13,905 bases of DNA from Candidatus Omnitrophota bacterium (GCA_043797665.1 JAZDPL010000093.1:1-13905), one strand, 5' to 3'. Shown: positions 5,380-13,833, counted from the stretch's first letter. Program-made: numbers and translations. The notes: a model not told the origin generated them from the letters alone.

Positions 5380-6555
5380 ATGGAACAAATGGGATTGGAT
5401 TTCCAGTCGGAAACACCGCTCTACCTGCAGGTGAAAGATGCTCTGGTCAAAGATTTCGTATCTCAACCCAAAAATGACCTTGGTAAACTACCTACCTTTT
5501 TAGAAATTGCAAATAAATACGGAGTAAGTGTAGTTACAGTAGTTAAAGCGGTAGAAAAATTGAAAAACGAGGGCGTGGTCTACAGCCGACCCGGCAAAGG
5601 TATTTACCTGAAAAACTGGCATAAACTGGTAGAAAATTATACCCGGCCCCAAACCAGAACTATCGGCGTGACCTTTTTAGATATGTACAACATCTCCAGT
5701 CCCTTCCTTTCCGAGGTAATCAAGGGCATCTCCCAGGAAAGCCATACCCTGAACTTTAACCTTCAATTATTTACCACGCCTTCCAGCAACCCCCACCTTG
5801 AAGAACACACCCTCTTCTGGAAAAACATTAAGAATAAAAAACTGGACGGTCTCATCTTGGCCAGTCGTATGCCCACCAGCGACATAATGCTTCTTAAAGA
5901 AACCGACATCCCTTTCGTTTGGATTAACTGTGACCTGCCGGGTGAGGACATCTGTTGTATTCTTACCGATAAGTTCTATTCCCTGAACTTAATACTGAAA
6001 CATTTAGCAAACCTTGGCTACCGCAAAATCAGCCTTCTGAGCAGTGAAGAGGACTATGCGCTGGAATCAACCTTTAATATTTTATGTTCCAATTATAATC
6101 TCACCGGCAGTTATGTCTTCCAGAAAGTTTCCGAAAAAGAGGCCGGATACCTCCTGGCAAAAAACATTTTAACCGCCGATAAACCTGAAGTCTTACTCAC
6201 CCGGGGTTCCCAACTGACCGCAGGGGCTTTGTCTTTAATCGCGGAAATGCGGCTCTCCCTGCCAAAAGATTTAGCCCTTATCGGCTATGTGAGCAGTGCC
6301 GGTGACCCGTTTTTGCCTCAGAACATTACGGTTCTGTATACACCAGTAGTTGAATTGGCTCAAAGGGCGGCGCGGATGTTATTCCGGACATTGAATGGAG
6401 AGGACGTTGGGGATAAAAAACCAACCATCCCAACTAAATTTCTCATCCGGGGCTCCTGTGGATTTCCCCTCGCAGAAAAAAAAGAAATCGTTATTTCCAA
6501 GATTGAGGAACTCAATACTCTTTCCTATCCTGAGAAGAACAATAGAAACGGATAA
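5380..6555 (+). CDS. GntR-family wHTH + LacI-type effector domain transcriptional regulator, ~391 aa
   Basis: HTH: PLYLQVKDALVKD..KLPTFLEIANKYGVSVVTVVKAVEKLKNEGVVYSRPGKGIYL. Effector domain: TRTIGV..SPFLSEVIKGI, LDGLIL, IPFVWIN, HLANLGYRKI, LPKDLALIGY, FLIRGSCG. Start placed at ATG 5380 (alternative 5389). Confidence 0.9.
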   Translation: MEQMGLDFQSETPLYLQVKDALVKDFVSQPKNDLGKLPTFLEIANKYGVSVVTVVKAVEKLKNEGVVYSRPGKGIYLKNWHKLVENYTRPQTRTIGVTFLDMYNISSPFLSEVIKGISQESHTLNFNLQLFTTPSSNPHLEEHTLFWKNIKNKKLDGLILASRMPTSDIMLLKETDIPFVWINCDLPGEDICCILTDKFYSLNLILKHLANLGYRKISLLSSEEDYALESTFNILCSNYNLTGSYVFQKVSEKEAGYLLAKNILTADKPEVLLTRGSQLTAGALSLIAEMRLSLPKDLALIGYVSSAGDPFLPQNITVLYTPVVELAQRAARMLFRTLNGEDVGDKKPTIPTKFLIRGSCGFPLAEKKEIVISKIEELNTLSYPEKNNRNG

Positions 6556-6573
6556 AAAATTGTGGAGGGTGTG

Positions 6574-7251
6574 ATGGAACGGAGAAGAAAAATACGCGGA
6601 CGGAAAAGTTTCACGTTGATAGAACTTCTGGTGGTCATCGCGATAATCGCGCTTTTGGCGGCAATGCTGCTACCGGCGCTCAGCCAGGCAAGAGAGAAAG
6701 CCAGGCAGGCAAGGTGCATCAACAACCTGAAGCAACTGGGATTGGTGTTTATGATGTATGCGCAGGATCACGAGGGATGGTCACCTGCCGCATGGAATGG
6801 CGCCGCAACCTGGAATGACGTGCTCATCAGCTCCGGATATATCGGCGCTCAAACTTCCGGCCGGTCAAGTTTGCTTGTCTGCCCGACCATAATGCCGAAA
6901 ACATGGAATTCACATTGGTACACTTACGGAATGCGCGCAACCGGAAGCGGAGCTGCGGATTATTACCGTTTGGACGGCAACCCCATTATCTGCACCGACC
7001 CCGGCGACCCGGCCAGAAACGCATCCCAATTCCTCCTGCTTGCGGACAGCTTGGAGACAAACCCGGGTTACGGTGGTTATGGATGGCAGGTCTATGGTCT
7101 CCTGGGTTACTCCGAGCCGGCGGCGTATCAAGTATATGTAGCCCATAGCGGCTTGGCCAACGTCCTCTTCGGCGACGGACACGTTGAAAGTTGCACACCC
7201 TCGACGCTGAACAATCCTTATTCCTGGTGGAATATAGCAACGGGACTTTAA
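6574..7251 (+). CDS. Prepilin-type N-terminal cleavage/methylation protein with H-X9-DG C-terminal motif (DUF1559-like), copy 1
   Basis: Basic leader [10 protein letters not shown], then [45 protein letters not shown]-terminal [15 protein letters not shown] (H-X9-DG). SD GGAGG at 6564-6568 precedes ATG 6574. Confidence 0.92.
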   Translation: MERRRKIRGRKSFTLIELLVVIAIIALLAAMLLPALSQAREKARQARCINNLKQLGLVFMMYAQDHEGWSPAAWNGAATWNDVLISSGYIGAQTSGRSSLLVCPTIMPKTWNSHWYTYGMRATGSGAADYYRLDGNPIICTDPGDPARNASQFLLLADSLETNPGYGGYGWQVYGLLGYSEPAAYQVYVAHSGLANVLFGDGHVESCTPSTLNNPYSWWNIATGL

Positions 7252-7303
7252 AAAATACGGGGTTGTAAAAAAACGGTTATTCCCGCTTTTACAAGGAGGA
7301 GCA

Positions 7304-8032
7304 ATGGTGTCAAGAAGAACCGCCCCAGGGAACAGAACGGCCGTATCGCAAATACGACATGGCTTCACACGGACGGAACTGCTGGTGATAATCGCCGTCA
7401 TCTTAATACCGGCGGGAATGCTGCTGCCGGCGCTCAGCCAGACAAGGGAGGAAGAAGAACAGGCGATGTGCATCAACAACCTGAAACAACTGGGACAGAT
7501 ATACAGGATATATGCGGAGGATTTCGACGGATGGTCGCCTTTTGGCGGGTATAACCCGGCTGATAAGACCACCTGGTCCGACGTCCTTATCAATGCCGGT
7601 TACGTCGGCGCTCAAAAGTCCGGCCAGCCAAGTGTTTTCGTCTGTCCAACCACAAAACCAAAGACGTGGTGGTCACACTGGAACACGTACGGGACACGGG
7701 CGTGCTTCAACAATCCAACCGGTAACCCGGTTTACTATCGCATCGGCAGCAACCCCATTGTGACCACTGACCCAACCAACGACGCCGGCGGGAATGCAGC
7801 CCAGTTTATTCTTATTGCAGACAGCATAATGACCAACACGGCCAATGCCGACTTCGGAAAACAGGAATACTACCTGGACAGCCCCAGGGAATCGGGGGGC
7901 AGCAGCAGAATATACCTGAATCACAACGGAATGGCCAACGTCCTCTTTGGTGATGGTCACGCGGAAAGTTGCACATACTCGACCCTGCACAATACCTATC
8001 ACTGGCTGGACTTGCAGGCAACAGGACTCTAA
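7304..8032 (+). CDS. Prepilin-type H-X9-DG protein, copy 2, with a degenerate N-terminal pilin helix
   Basis: [46 protein letters not shown] and [23 protein letters not shown] at 7294-7299. Alignable with copy 1 over its whole length. Confidence 0.9.
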   Translation: MVSRRTAPGNRTAVSQIRHGFTRTELLVIIAVILIPAGMLLPALSQTREEEEQAMCINNLKQLGQIYRIYAEDFDGWSPFGGYNPADKTTWSDVLINAGYVGAQKSGQPSVFVCPTTKPKTWWSHWNTYGTRACFNNPTGNPVYYRIGSNPIVTTDPTNDAGGNAAQFILIADSIMTNTANADFGKQEYYLDSPRESGGSSRIYLNHNGMANVLFGDGHAESCTYSTLHNTYHWLDLQATGL

Positions 8033-8055
8033 AAAACGCATTGCGCTTGGTCGGC

Positions 8056-8119
8056 AAAACGGTAGAGAGGCAGATGATACGGAAGTCAAAAGGAATACTG
8101 CCTGCCTCTACCGTTTTTT
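8056..8119 (+). terminator. Intergenic stem-loop (terminator/attenuator or mRNA-stabilising hairpin) after the prepilin-like genes
   Basis: AAAACGGTAGAG-AGGCAG (8056-8073) pairs with CTGCCT-gc-CTCTACCGTTTT (8098-8117). T-run extends to 8119. Confidence 0.6.
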
Positions 8120-8139
8120 GGCGCGTCAAGGAGGATTCG

Positions 8140-11100
8140 ATGAAGACCAATAGCATGAAATTGCGGCTGATAAAAACAATCGCGGTCTGTATTTTCTGTC
8201 TGCTGCCTGCCGGACACCTGGGAGCGGGACCATCTCTCTACGAACAAATAGGCAAAAAGGTCTACCTGATACACGACGACGATGGAAACACCCCCACAAA
8301 CCGTGCCTGGTCCACCGGCATGGGCGAAACACACCAGAACGGTCCCGATTACTGGGCGAAAAAAGTCCTTGATTTATCCTCGCTGCCGGAAGACGTGTGG
8401 CAGGCAACCAAAGAAATACGGATATCTGCATTCTTTATGGTTTTGGACTATGGCGGTGACGGCCTGGACGAATCTTTTGAAGTAGAAGTCAACGGCAACG
8501 TCCATCGTTACCGGACAAATTCGGGAGCACCTGCCTTACCCAACGCAGGTGCCGGTCCCGTGTGGAACTGGTATGATTTTGTTATCCCGAAGCAGGAGTT
8601 CACAAAAGGGAACAACGAAATTATAATCAGGAAAGCGTCTTCTGCCGCAAACGATACCAAGCCGGATGACGATTACCTCTATCTTGGTATCGACAATTCC
8701 GTCCGCCGGGGCAACAGTTTCGTCAGTTTCAACGGCGGCGCAGGATGGACGCAGGACGAGTTGACAATACCGGGCGGCAACGGCGAGTACCTGGTGAGAA
8801 TCTATCTTTTCACCGGAGACACTTCGACGGAAGCAAGGTGGCGGCCCGGTTCAAGTCAAGAGTTTTCCGACCCGGATAGCCTGATACTTTATGCCGGAAA
8901 CCGCGACGGAACACGTACTGAAACCGGGCTGATTCTTAATCGGGGGGCGTCTGCCCGCATGGAATGGAGTCCCGGCCGGTTTGACCCGCTTCACCCGTTA
9001 ACCGTCAGCGTGAAGACAAAAGGAGAAATTTCTTTCGCCTGGCTCAACAAAAAGGGCGACCTGAGCCAGACGACCACCGGCCCCTCCCCTCTCACTGCCG
9101 CGCTCCCGGCAAACCGGCCCTGGCAACCGGCGGGGCTTATCATATCCCCTGCAGGCGCATCGGCGGTCCTGCAGGAAGTTGTCGTCGATGCGGCCATTTC
9201 TTATCATCCCCAACCGGAACCACCGGTTGACATGTGTCCCCGTATATCACGGCCGGCCGGCTCTCCTGCTAACCGAACGCCTTCATGCCAAATAGAGAAT
9301 AAGGTTATCTCGCTTCAAAATGCCGCCATCCGGTGCCGGTTCACCGCTGCGGAACACCTTAATCTTGTCTCACTTTACAATGAGTATGCCGCTTCCGAGA
9401 TGATTCGCAACCCGGAAAAGATTAACCTGTTCGTGGTTGAGGTCGCCGGTGAACGGTATTCGGGCAGTTCTGACTTCCTCTGCCGGGAAATCATCCGGAC
9501 TCCCAGAGGTTTCACGGCTGTCCTCACCCTGAAAGAGGCGCCGCTGGAAGTCCTCTTCACCGCTTCCGCGGAGACCGAGGACATTCGGTTCGGGTTGAAG
9601 GTCACAAACACCGGAACGGAGAATGTGGATTTTAAGGTCTCTTTTCCCAATCTTTCCGGTCTGGGCATCTCAAACGACCCCGCCGGAGATTACTATTTCT
9701 TTCCCTGGAAAGGCGGCGCAATCGCCGACCTGCCGGTTTTGGTCCGGAAAGGATACGGCAGTACCGGCGGCAACTTCCAATTACTGGACCTCTTCAGCCC
9801 GGAACGCGGGGCCGGATTGTACCTGCGGACCGATGATACCGACGGCGGATACAAAGTATTTTCCCTGAGGAAATGGATACCCGGACGAAAGGAAGGCGTT
9901 TTTGACGATGCCGCGGCGGACCCGGCGGTCAAAACCGACCTGAAGATGGCCAACCCCCTGGATACGGTCCCCGGGACCGGGATGAGCTGCGATTACATAC
10001 AGCGGACCAGGCCGCCCGGAGGAAATTTCACGTTACCGGACGTCTTACTTGCAGCCCATGGCGGCGACTGGCATGAGGCAATGAAATCATATGCGGACTG
10101 GGCTCACCGGGTCTGGAAGTTCCGGCCGTATCCCTCTGCGCTGGAACCGGTGCTGACCATGGAGTGCGTCGGCTGGAGGAGCGCCAATGAGCTTTACCGC
10201 GACGGGAAATACCGTACCGACATCATTCCGCCTTTCTGCGACCTCCTGGAATTATGGTCGTGGTGGAACTGGACTACCCTGGGCCCGTGGGAACAACCGA
10301 TTATTGCCGTTGATGAATCGCGCGGATTCGTTACCGACCCCGCAACCGGGCAGGTCATGTATACACTGGCCCGCGGTGATTACGACGGCTACAATGAACG
10401 CTGGGGTGGCTTGCCCGCTTTCCAAAAGGCAATTAAGACGTACCAGGACAAGGACGTGAAAGCACTCCTCTACACGTGCCCGGGTATCGCCGACGACAAT
10501 ACGAAAGTGGGGAAGAAATTAGGAAAGGAATTCGCCGTTATCATGCCTGACGGCGCGCCGCGCAAGGACTATGACTCCTGGAGGATGTGCCATGACATTC
10601 CTGACTACCGCCAGTTCGTCGCCGATACGGCCGGCCGCCTGATGAGGGAGACCGGCGCCGACGGCATTCGGTTCGACGAATACGGCGTTGCGGAAGCGTT
10701 CACCTGTTACAGCAAGGTACATAAACACACTTTTGCCGAAATACCGGGCTGGCCGGAGATGCGCGCCATTGCGGAAACCTGCAGATTGGCGCGCTCATCC
10801 ATGAACGAAGCGAAACCGCAATCAATCCTGATGACGGAATTTCCCGGATATGATTTCATGTGGCAATTCCTCGACGGCACCCTCGCGTACGACATGAAAT
10901 CCTACGATGCCACACCTCTGCGTCCGCTCGAGTGCAATCTCCAGCGCTTCTACTTCCCGGAATGCAAGGTGTACGAACTTGTTGAATCCATGGCCGGCGA
11001 CCCAAAGTTCAACAAGCGCCTGTGGAACGCCGTCTCCGTATATGGATGGGACTCGGTTCCCGTCTACGGACAAAAGGAATACGCCCTTTTTCATGAAAAC

Positions 11101-11613
11101 TCCGCCGTATTTGACAGCCGCGATTGCCAACCCCTTATTCCCACGCCGTCAAAGCGTATCTATGCCAACCGGTTCACCGGCGGAGGAAAGACCATTTACA
11201 CTATCTTCAACGGCACCGGCCATTCCTTCGGCGGACCGGTCCTGAGGTTGGCGCTGAATCCCGGCGAGCATCTTTTCGACCTGACGAATTGCCGGTCCTG
11301 CGAACCCGAAAAAAAAGGAAACGAATACTCCGTGGCGCTTTATCTGGAACGGAACGAAACGGCCTGGATCGTCAGGTTGCCAAAACAAGTGTCAATTTCC
11401 GTTGAGAAGAACCTGGTTACGGTTCGCATGAAATCACCCGGGGAAAGTTACCGTGTGGCGCTGTGCGACAGTTCCGGCGGAGAGATTGCGAGCCAGCCGG
11501 CCTCCCCGGAGGGAAACTCTTTCGACCTCAGTCAGGGAACAAACCATCTTGCCGCCTGCGTAAAACTTTTCGATAACAAACAACTGGTGGACGTCGCGGC
11601 CCTACCCAGATAA
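8140..11613 (+). CDS. Large secreted putative glycoside hydrolase-like protein (~1157 aa): N-terminal beta-rich accessory domain(s), C-terminal TIM-barrel-like (DUF6259-like) domain
   Basis: SD AAGGAGGA (8128-8135) precedes ATG 8140. Signal peptide MKTNSMKLRLIKTIAVCIFCLLPAGHLGA. Motifs GDWHEAMKSYADW, ERWGGLPAFQKAI, MC...RETGADGIRFDEYG and CYSKVHKH resemble alpha-glycosidase-type barrels (GxDGxxxD). Family assignment is from memory only. Confidence 0.7.
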   Translation: MKTNSMKLRLIKTIAVCIFCLLPAGHLGAGPSLYEQIGKKVYLIHDDDGNTPTNRAWSTGMGETHQNGPDYWAKKVLDLSSLPEDVWQATKEIRISAFFMVLDYGGDGLDESFEVEVNGNVHRYRTNSGAPALPNAGAGPVWNWYDFVIPKQEFTKGNNEIIIRKASSAANDTKPDDDYLYLGIDNSVRRGNSFVSFNGGAGWTQDELTIPGGNGEYLVRIYLFTGDTSTEARWRPGSSQEFSDPDSLILYAGNRDGTRTETGLILNRGASARMEWSPGRFDPLHPLTVSVKTKGEISFAWLNKKGDLSQTTTGPSPLTAALPANRPWQPAGLIISPAGASAVLQEVVVDAAISYHPQPEPPVDMCPRISRPAGSPANRTPSCQIENKVISLQNAAIRCRFTAAEHLNLVSLYNEYAASEMIRNPEKINLFVVEVAGERYSGSSDFLCREIIRTPRGFTAVLTLKEAPLEVLFTASAETEDIRFGLKVTNTGTENVDFKVSFPNLSGLGISNDPAGDYYFFPWKGGAIADLPVLVRKGYGSTGGNFQLLDLFSPERGAGLYLRTDDTDGGYKVFSLRKWIPGRKEGVFDDAAADPAVKTDLKMANPLDTVPGTGMSCDYIQRTRPPGGNFTLPDVLLAAHGGDWHEAMKSYADWAHRVWKFRPYPSALEPVLTMECVGWRSANELYRDGKYRTDIIPPFCDLLELWSWWNWTTLGPWEQPIIAVDESRGFVTDPATGQVMYTLARGDYDGYNERWGGLPAFQKAIKTYQDKDVKALLYTCPGIADDNTKVGKKLGKEFAVIMPDGAPRKDYDSWRMCHDIPDYRQFVADTAGRLMRETGADGIRFDEYGVAEAFTCYSKVHKHTFAEIPGWPEMRAIAETCRLARSSMNEAKPQSILMTEFPGYDFMWQFLDGTLAYDMKSYDATPLRPLECNLQRFYFPECKVYELVESMAGDPKFNKRLWNAVSVYGWDSVPVYGQKEYALFHENSAVFDSRDCQPLIPTPSKRIYANRFTGGGKTIYTIFNGTGHSFGGPVLRLALNPGEHLFDLTNCRSCEPEKKGNEYSVALYLERNETAWIVRLPKQVSISVEKNLVTVRMKSPGESYRVALCDSSGGEIASQPASPEGNSFDLSQGTNHLAACVKLFDNKQLVDVAALPR

Positions 11614-11644
11614 GCCCTCTATAAACAAAAAAAGGAGCGCCTGC

Positions 11645-13771
11645 ATGGAGAAAACCGGCAACGTGGAAAAAATCTCAAACGGTCTGTTGGAATTCTCGTT
11701 TGAGGCATCTTGCGGAGAACTCGTCAGCATCAGAAACTTGCGCACCGGGAACGAGTACTTGAACGAACCCGGCCGGCAGGGGAATCCATTTGCCGTTTAT
11801 TACGATTTTTTCCAGGATTTTGAACTTACCTGCGACCGCGACGGATTTCGTTCTGGTTCCAACCCCGGGACAATTTCGCGCAAGACGTTTTCTCCCGGAG
11901 AATGTTCTATTATGCAGTTCCGCAGGGTAAAGACCCGCAATTCCCACCTCCTGAAGATTATCTACACGGAGAATACCGGCCTATGGAAAGCGGAGCTCTC
12001 AGTCCGCCTTAAATCGGGAAGCACACGCAGCGCATGGAACCTGACGATTACCAATACCGGAAAAACCCCCATGTCATGCATGGTTGCGTTTCCCTTCATC
12101 TGCGGACTTCGATTGGGAAATGGCCGGGATAACCTGATGGTGGCTAATGAACAGGCCGGCTACATCTTCCCCCTCTGGTCAAGAAGAGGTGGGATTTACG
12201 GTCATGGCTACCAGATGAGCATGCAGTGGGGATGTATATTTGATGAGAAAAGCCGGGACGCGTTCGGGTTTATCGTGCAAGACGGGGATTTTTCCAACAA
12301 GGAGATGCTCTACGACAAACCTTCCGTCGAAATCCGCTATTTCCCTCCGCAAACCCTGGAGCCGGGCGAATCAAGAACGCTGCCCCCTTCAGAAATACTG
12401 ATATATGAGGGAGGGTGGAAAGAAACGGCTCTCGCTTATCATGCGTGGTTCGCCCGAGCGGCCAAACCCGTCCGGCATCCGGAATGGGTGAAAAAAATGG
12501 ACAGCCACGTAGGACAGTGGTTTGTCAAAAAAGGACAGGATATGACCGGCTACCCGACTGAAGGGTTGGCAAATCCCATGGAAAGTTTCCGCGAATTGCC
12601 GGACGTTTACCGCCGGCTGCACGCAGATACCATTGAATTTGCCTTCTTCTGCCGGGGCTCCATGGGAAAAACCGCCTCCGGAAAAGAAATGACGCATACC
12701 GATGCGGATAATATTATCAGGGAAGACCTGGGGGGGAAAGCCCTTCTGAAAAAAGCGATAACGGAAGTTCACCGGATGGGTTCTCACTTCACCTTCTATA
12801 TTGACGGATACGTGTGTCCCGCCGACAGCGACCTGGCGCTCAACAGAAGGGTGACCGACTGGGTTATCATGGAAAAGAACGGGACATGGCAGACGGATTA
12901 TATTAATCATCCGGGCTGGATGCAGATGTGCCCGGGCGCCAGGGGCTGGCAGGACCATCTTGCCGGGACCGCGGCACGGCTTGTAAGGGAGACCGGCGCC
13001 GACGGCGTGAGAATCGATTCGTTCGGCGGGCAGGTTCGCGAATGCCACAACCCGCAGCACCGGCATAAAAACCCCTTTGATTTCAACCGGTGGACATGCG
13101 AACTCATGGAAAAAATCGCCCGCGCGGTCAAGAAAGTAAATCCCGGTTGTCTCCTGACCACCGAGACGCCCGTCGATTTTTACTGCCGTTATTTCAACGG
13201 CGCCCTGACCCAGTTGTGGCACGTATCGCCGCTGGCGGCGGTACGGGACGTTTCTCCGATGCGCGTAGCGGTTCCCGAATACTTTCTCATTGTGCACAAT
13301 CCGTCCGGGCCGGTCGCGGCGTCCCTGACGGGATACCCCGGCGGCTTCGGCGGAAACACGCCGGGAGGATACTTCTCTGAATTGGATGAGAAATGGCGCA
13401 GGGCGCGGTTTCCGGTTGGCGATATCATAAGATGGGGAGATGCCTCCCACGAAAATCCAATCGTAAGCCGCACAGACGTGTTCTGCCGGCATTTCAGCGG
13501 ACGCGGCCTGGACGTTATCATCGGCGCCCGGCCCCTCTTTGACGACATGCATAAACTGCAGGACATCCGGGATGTGGACCTTAAAAAAACAGTGGCCGCA
13601 TTTGACGTAACGTTCCCGCATACGGGCAAACGCCCTGCCGCCGTCTATTTCTGTGATATCAGAAAAGGGTCATTGGAGGAAATCGCTTTCACAATAAAGG
13701 GGAAATGCGTTAAGGCGCGCATCGCAAGTAATTGGTTTATGCTCATTACGGCCAACACACAAAAAAAGTAA
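11645..13771 (+). CDS. Putative glycoside hydrolase-like protein (DUF6259-like), 708 aa, no signal peptide; paralog of the C-terminal part of the upstream gene
   Basis: SD AAGGAG before ATG 11645. Motifs ISNGLLEFSF..GELVSIRNLRTGNE, GGWKETALAYHAW, PEWV, DLGGKALLKKAI, MCPGARGWQDHL..RETGADGVRIDSFG, CHNPQHRH and LLTTE. Confidence 0.72.
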   Translation: MEKTGNVEKISNGLLEFSFEASCGELVSIRNLRTGNEYLNEPGRQGNPFAVYYDFFQDFELTCDRDGFRSGSNPGTISRKTFSPGECSIMQFRRVKTRNSHLLKIIYTENTGLWKAELSVRLKSGSTRSAWNLTITNTGKTPMSCMVAFPFICGLRLGNGRDNLMVANEQAGYIFPLWSRRGGIYGHGYQMSMQWGCIFDEKSRDAFGFIVQDGDFSNKEMLYDKPSVEIRYFPPQTLEPGESRTLPPSEILIYEGGWKETALAYHAWFARAAKPVRHPEWVKKMDSHVGQWFVKKGQDMTGYPTEGLANPMESFRELPDVYRRLHADTIEFAFFCRGSMGKTASGKEMTHTDADNIIREDLGGKALLKKAITEVHRMGSHFTFYIDGYVCPADSDLALNRRVTDWVIMEKNGTWQTDYINHPGWMQMCPGARGWQDHLAGTAARLVRETGADGVRIDSFGGQVRECHNPQHRHKNPFDFNRWTCELMEKIARAVKKVNPGCLLTTETPVDFYCRYFNGALTQLWHVSPLAAVRDVSPMRVAVPEYFLIVHNPSGPVAASLTGYPGGFGGNTPGGYFSELDEKWRRARFPVGDIIRWGDASHENPIVSRTDVFCRHFSGRGLDVIIGARPLFDDMHKLQDIRDVDLKKTVAAFDVTFPHTGKRPAAVYFCDIRKGSLEEIAFTIKGKCVKARIASNWFMLITANTQKK

Positions 13772-13775
13772 ATTA

Positions 13776-13795
13776 CCCCGTGCTTCCGCACGGGG
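13776..13795 (+). terminator. GC-rich hairpin directly after the last CDS
   Basis: CCCCGTGC-ttcc-GCACGGGG, a perfect 8-bp stem. There is no clear U-tract, so it may be a repeat element rather than an intrinsic terminator. Confidence 0.45.
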
Positions 13796-13833
13796 CATTG
13801 GGACATTAAAAATGTTTGTATTCAACATTCAAG

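Noticed and set aside
6910..7593. 227-aa minus-strand ORF spanning both prepilin-like genes
   Set aside because: Antisense to two clear CDSs, with no protein-family features.
6574..8032. Diversity-generating retroelement TR/VR pair
   Set aside because: Differences between the paralogs are not adenine-specific, include indels, and span both genes. There is no reverse transcriptase in the window.
7969..8139. 57-codon N-terminal extension of the large hydrolase given by the ORF track
   Set aside because: Overlaps the upstream gene and a hairpin. The SD and signal peptide point to ATG 8140.
12389..13621. 410-aa antisense ORF
   Set aside because: Lies wholly opposite a well-supported CDS, has no recognisable motifs, and is typical of a shadow ORF from GC-rich codon bias.
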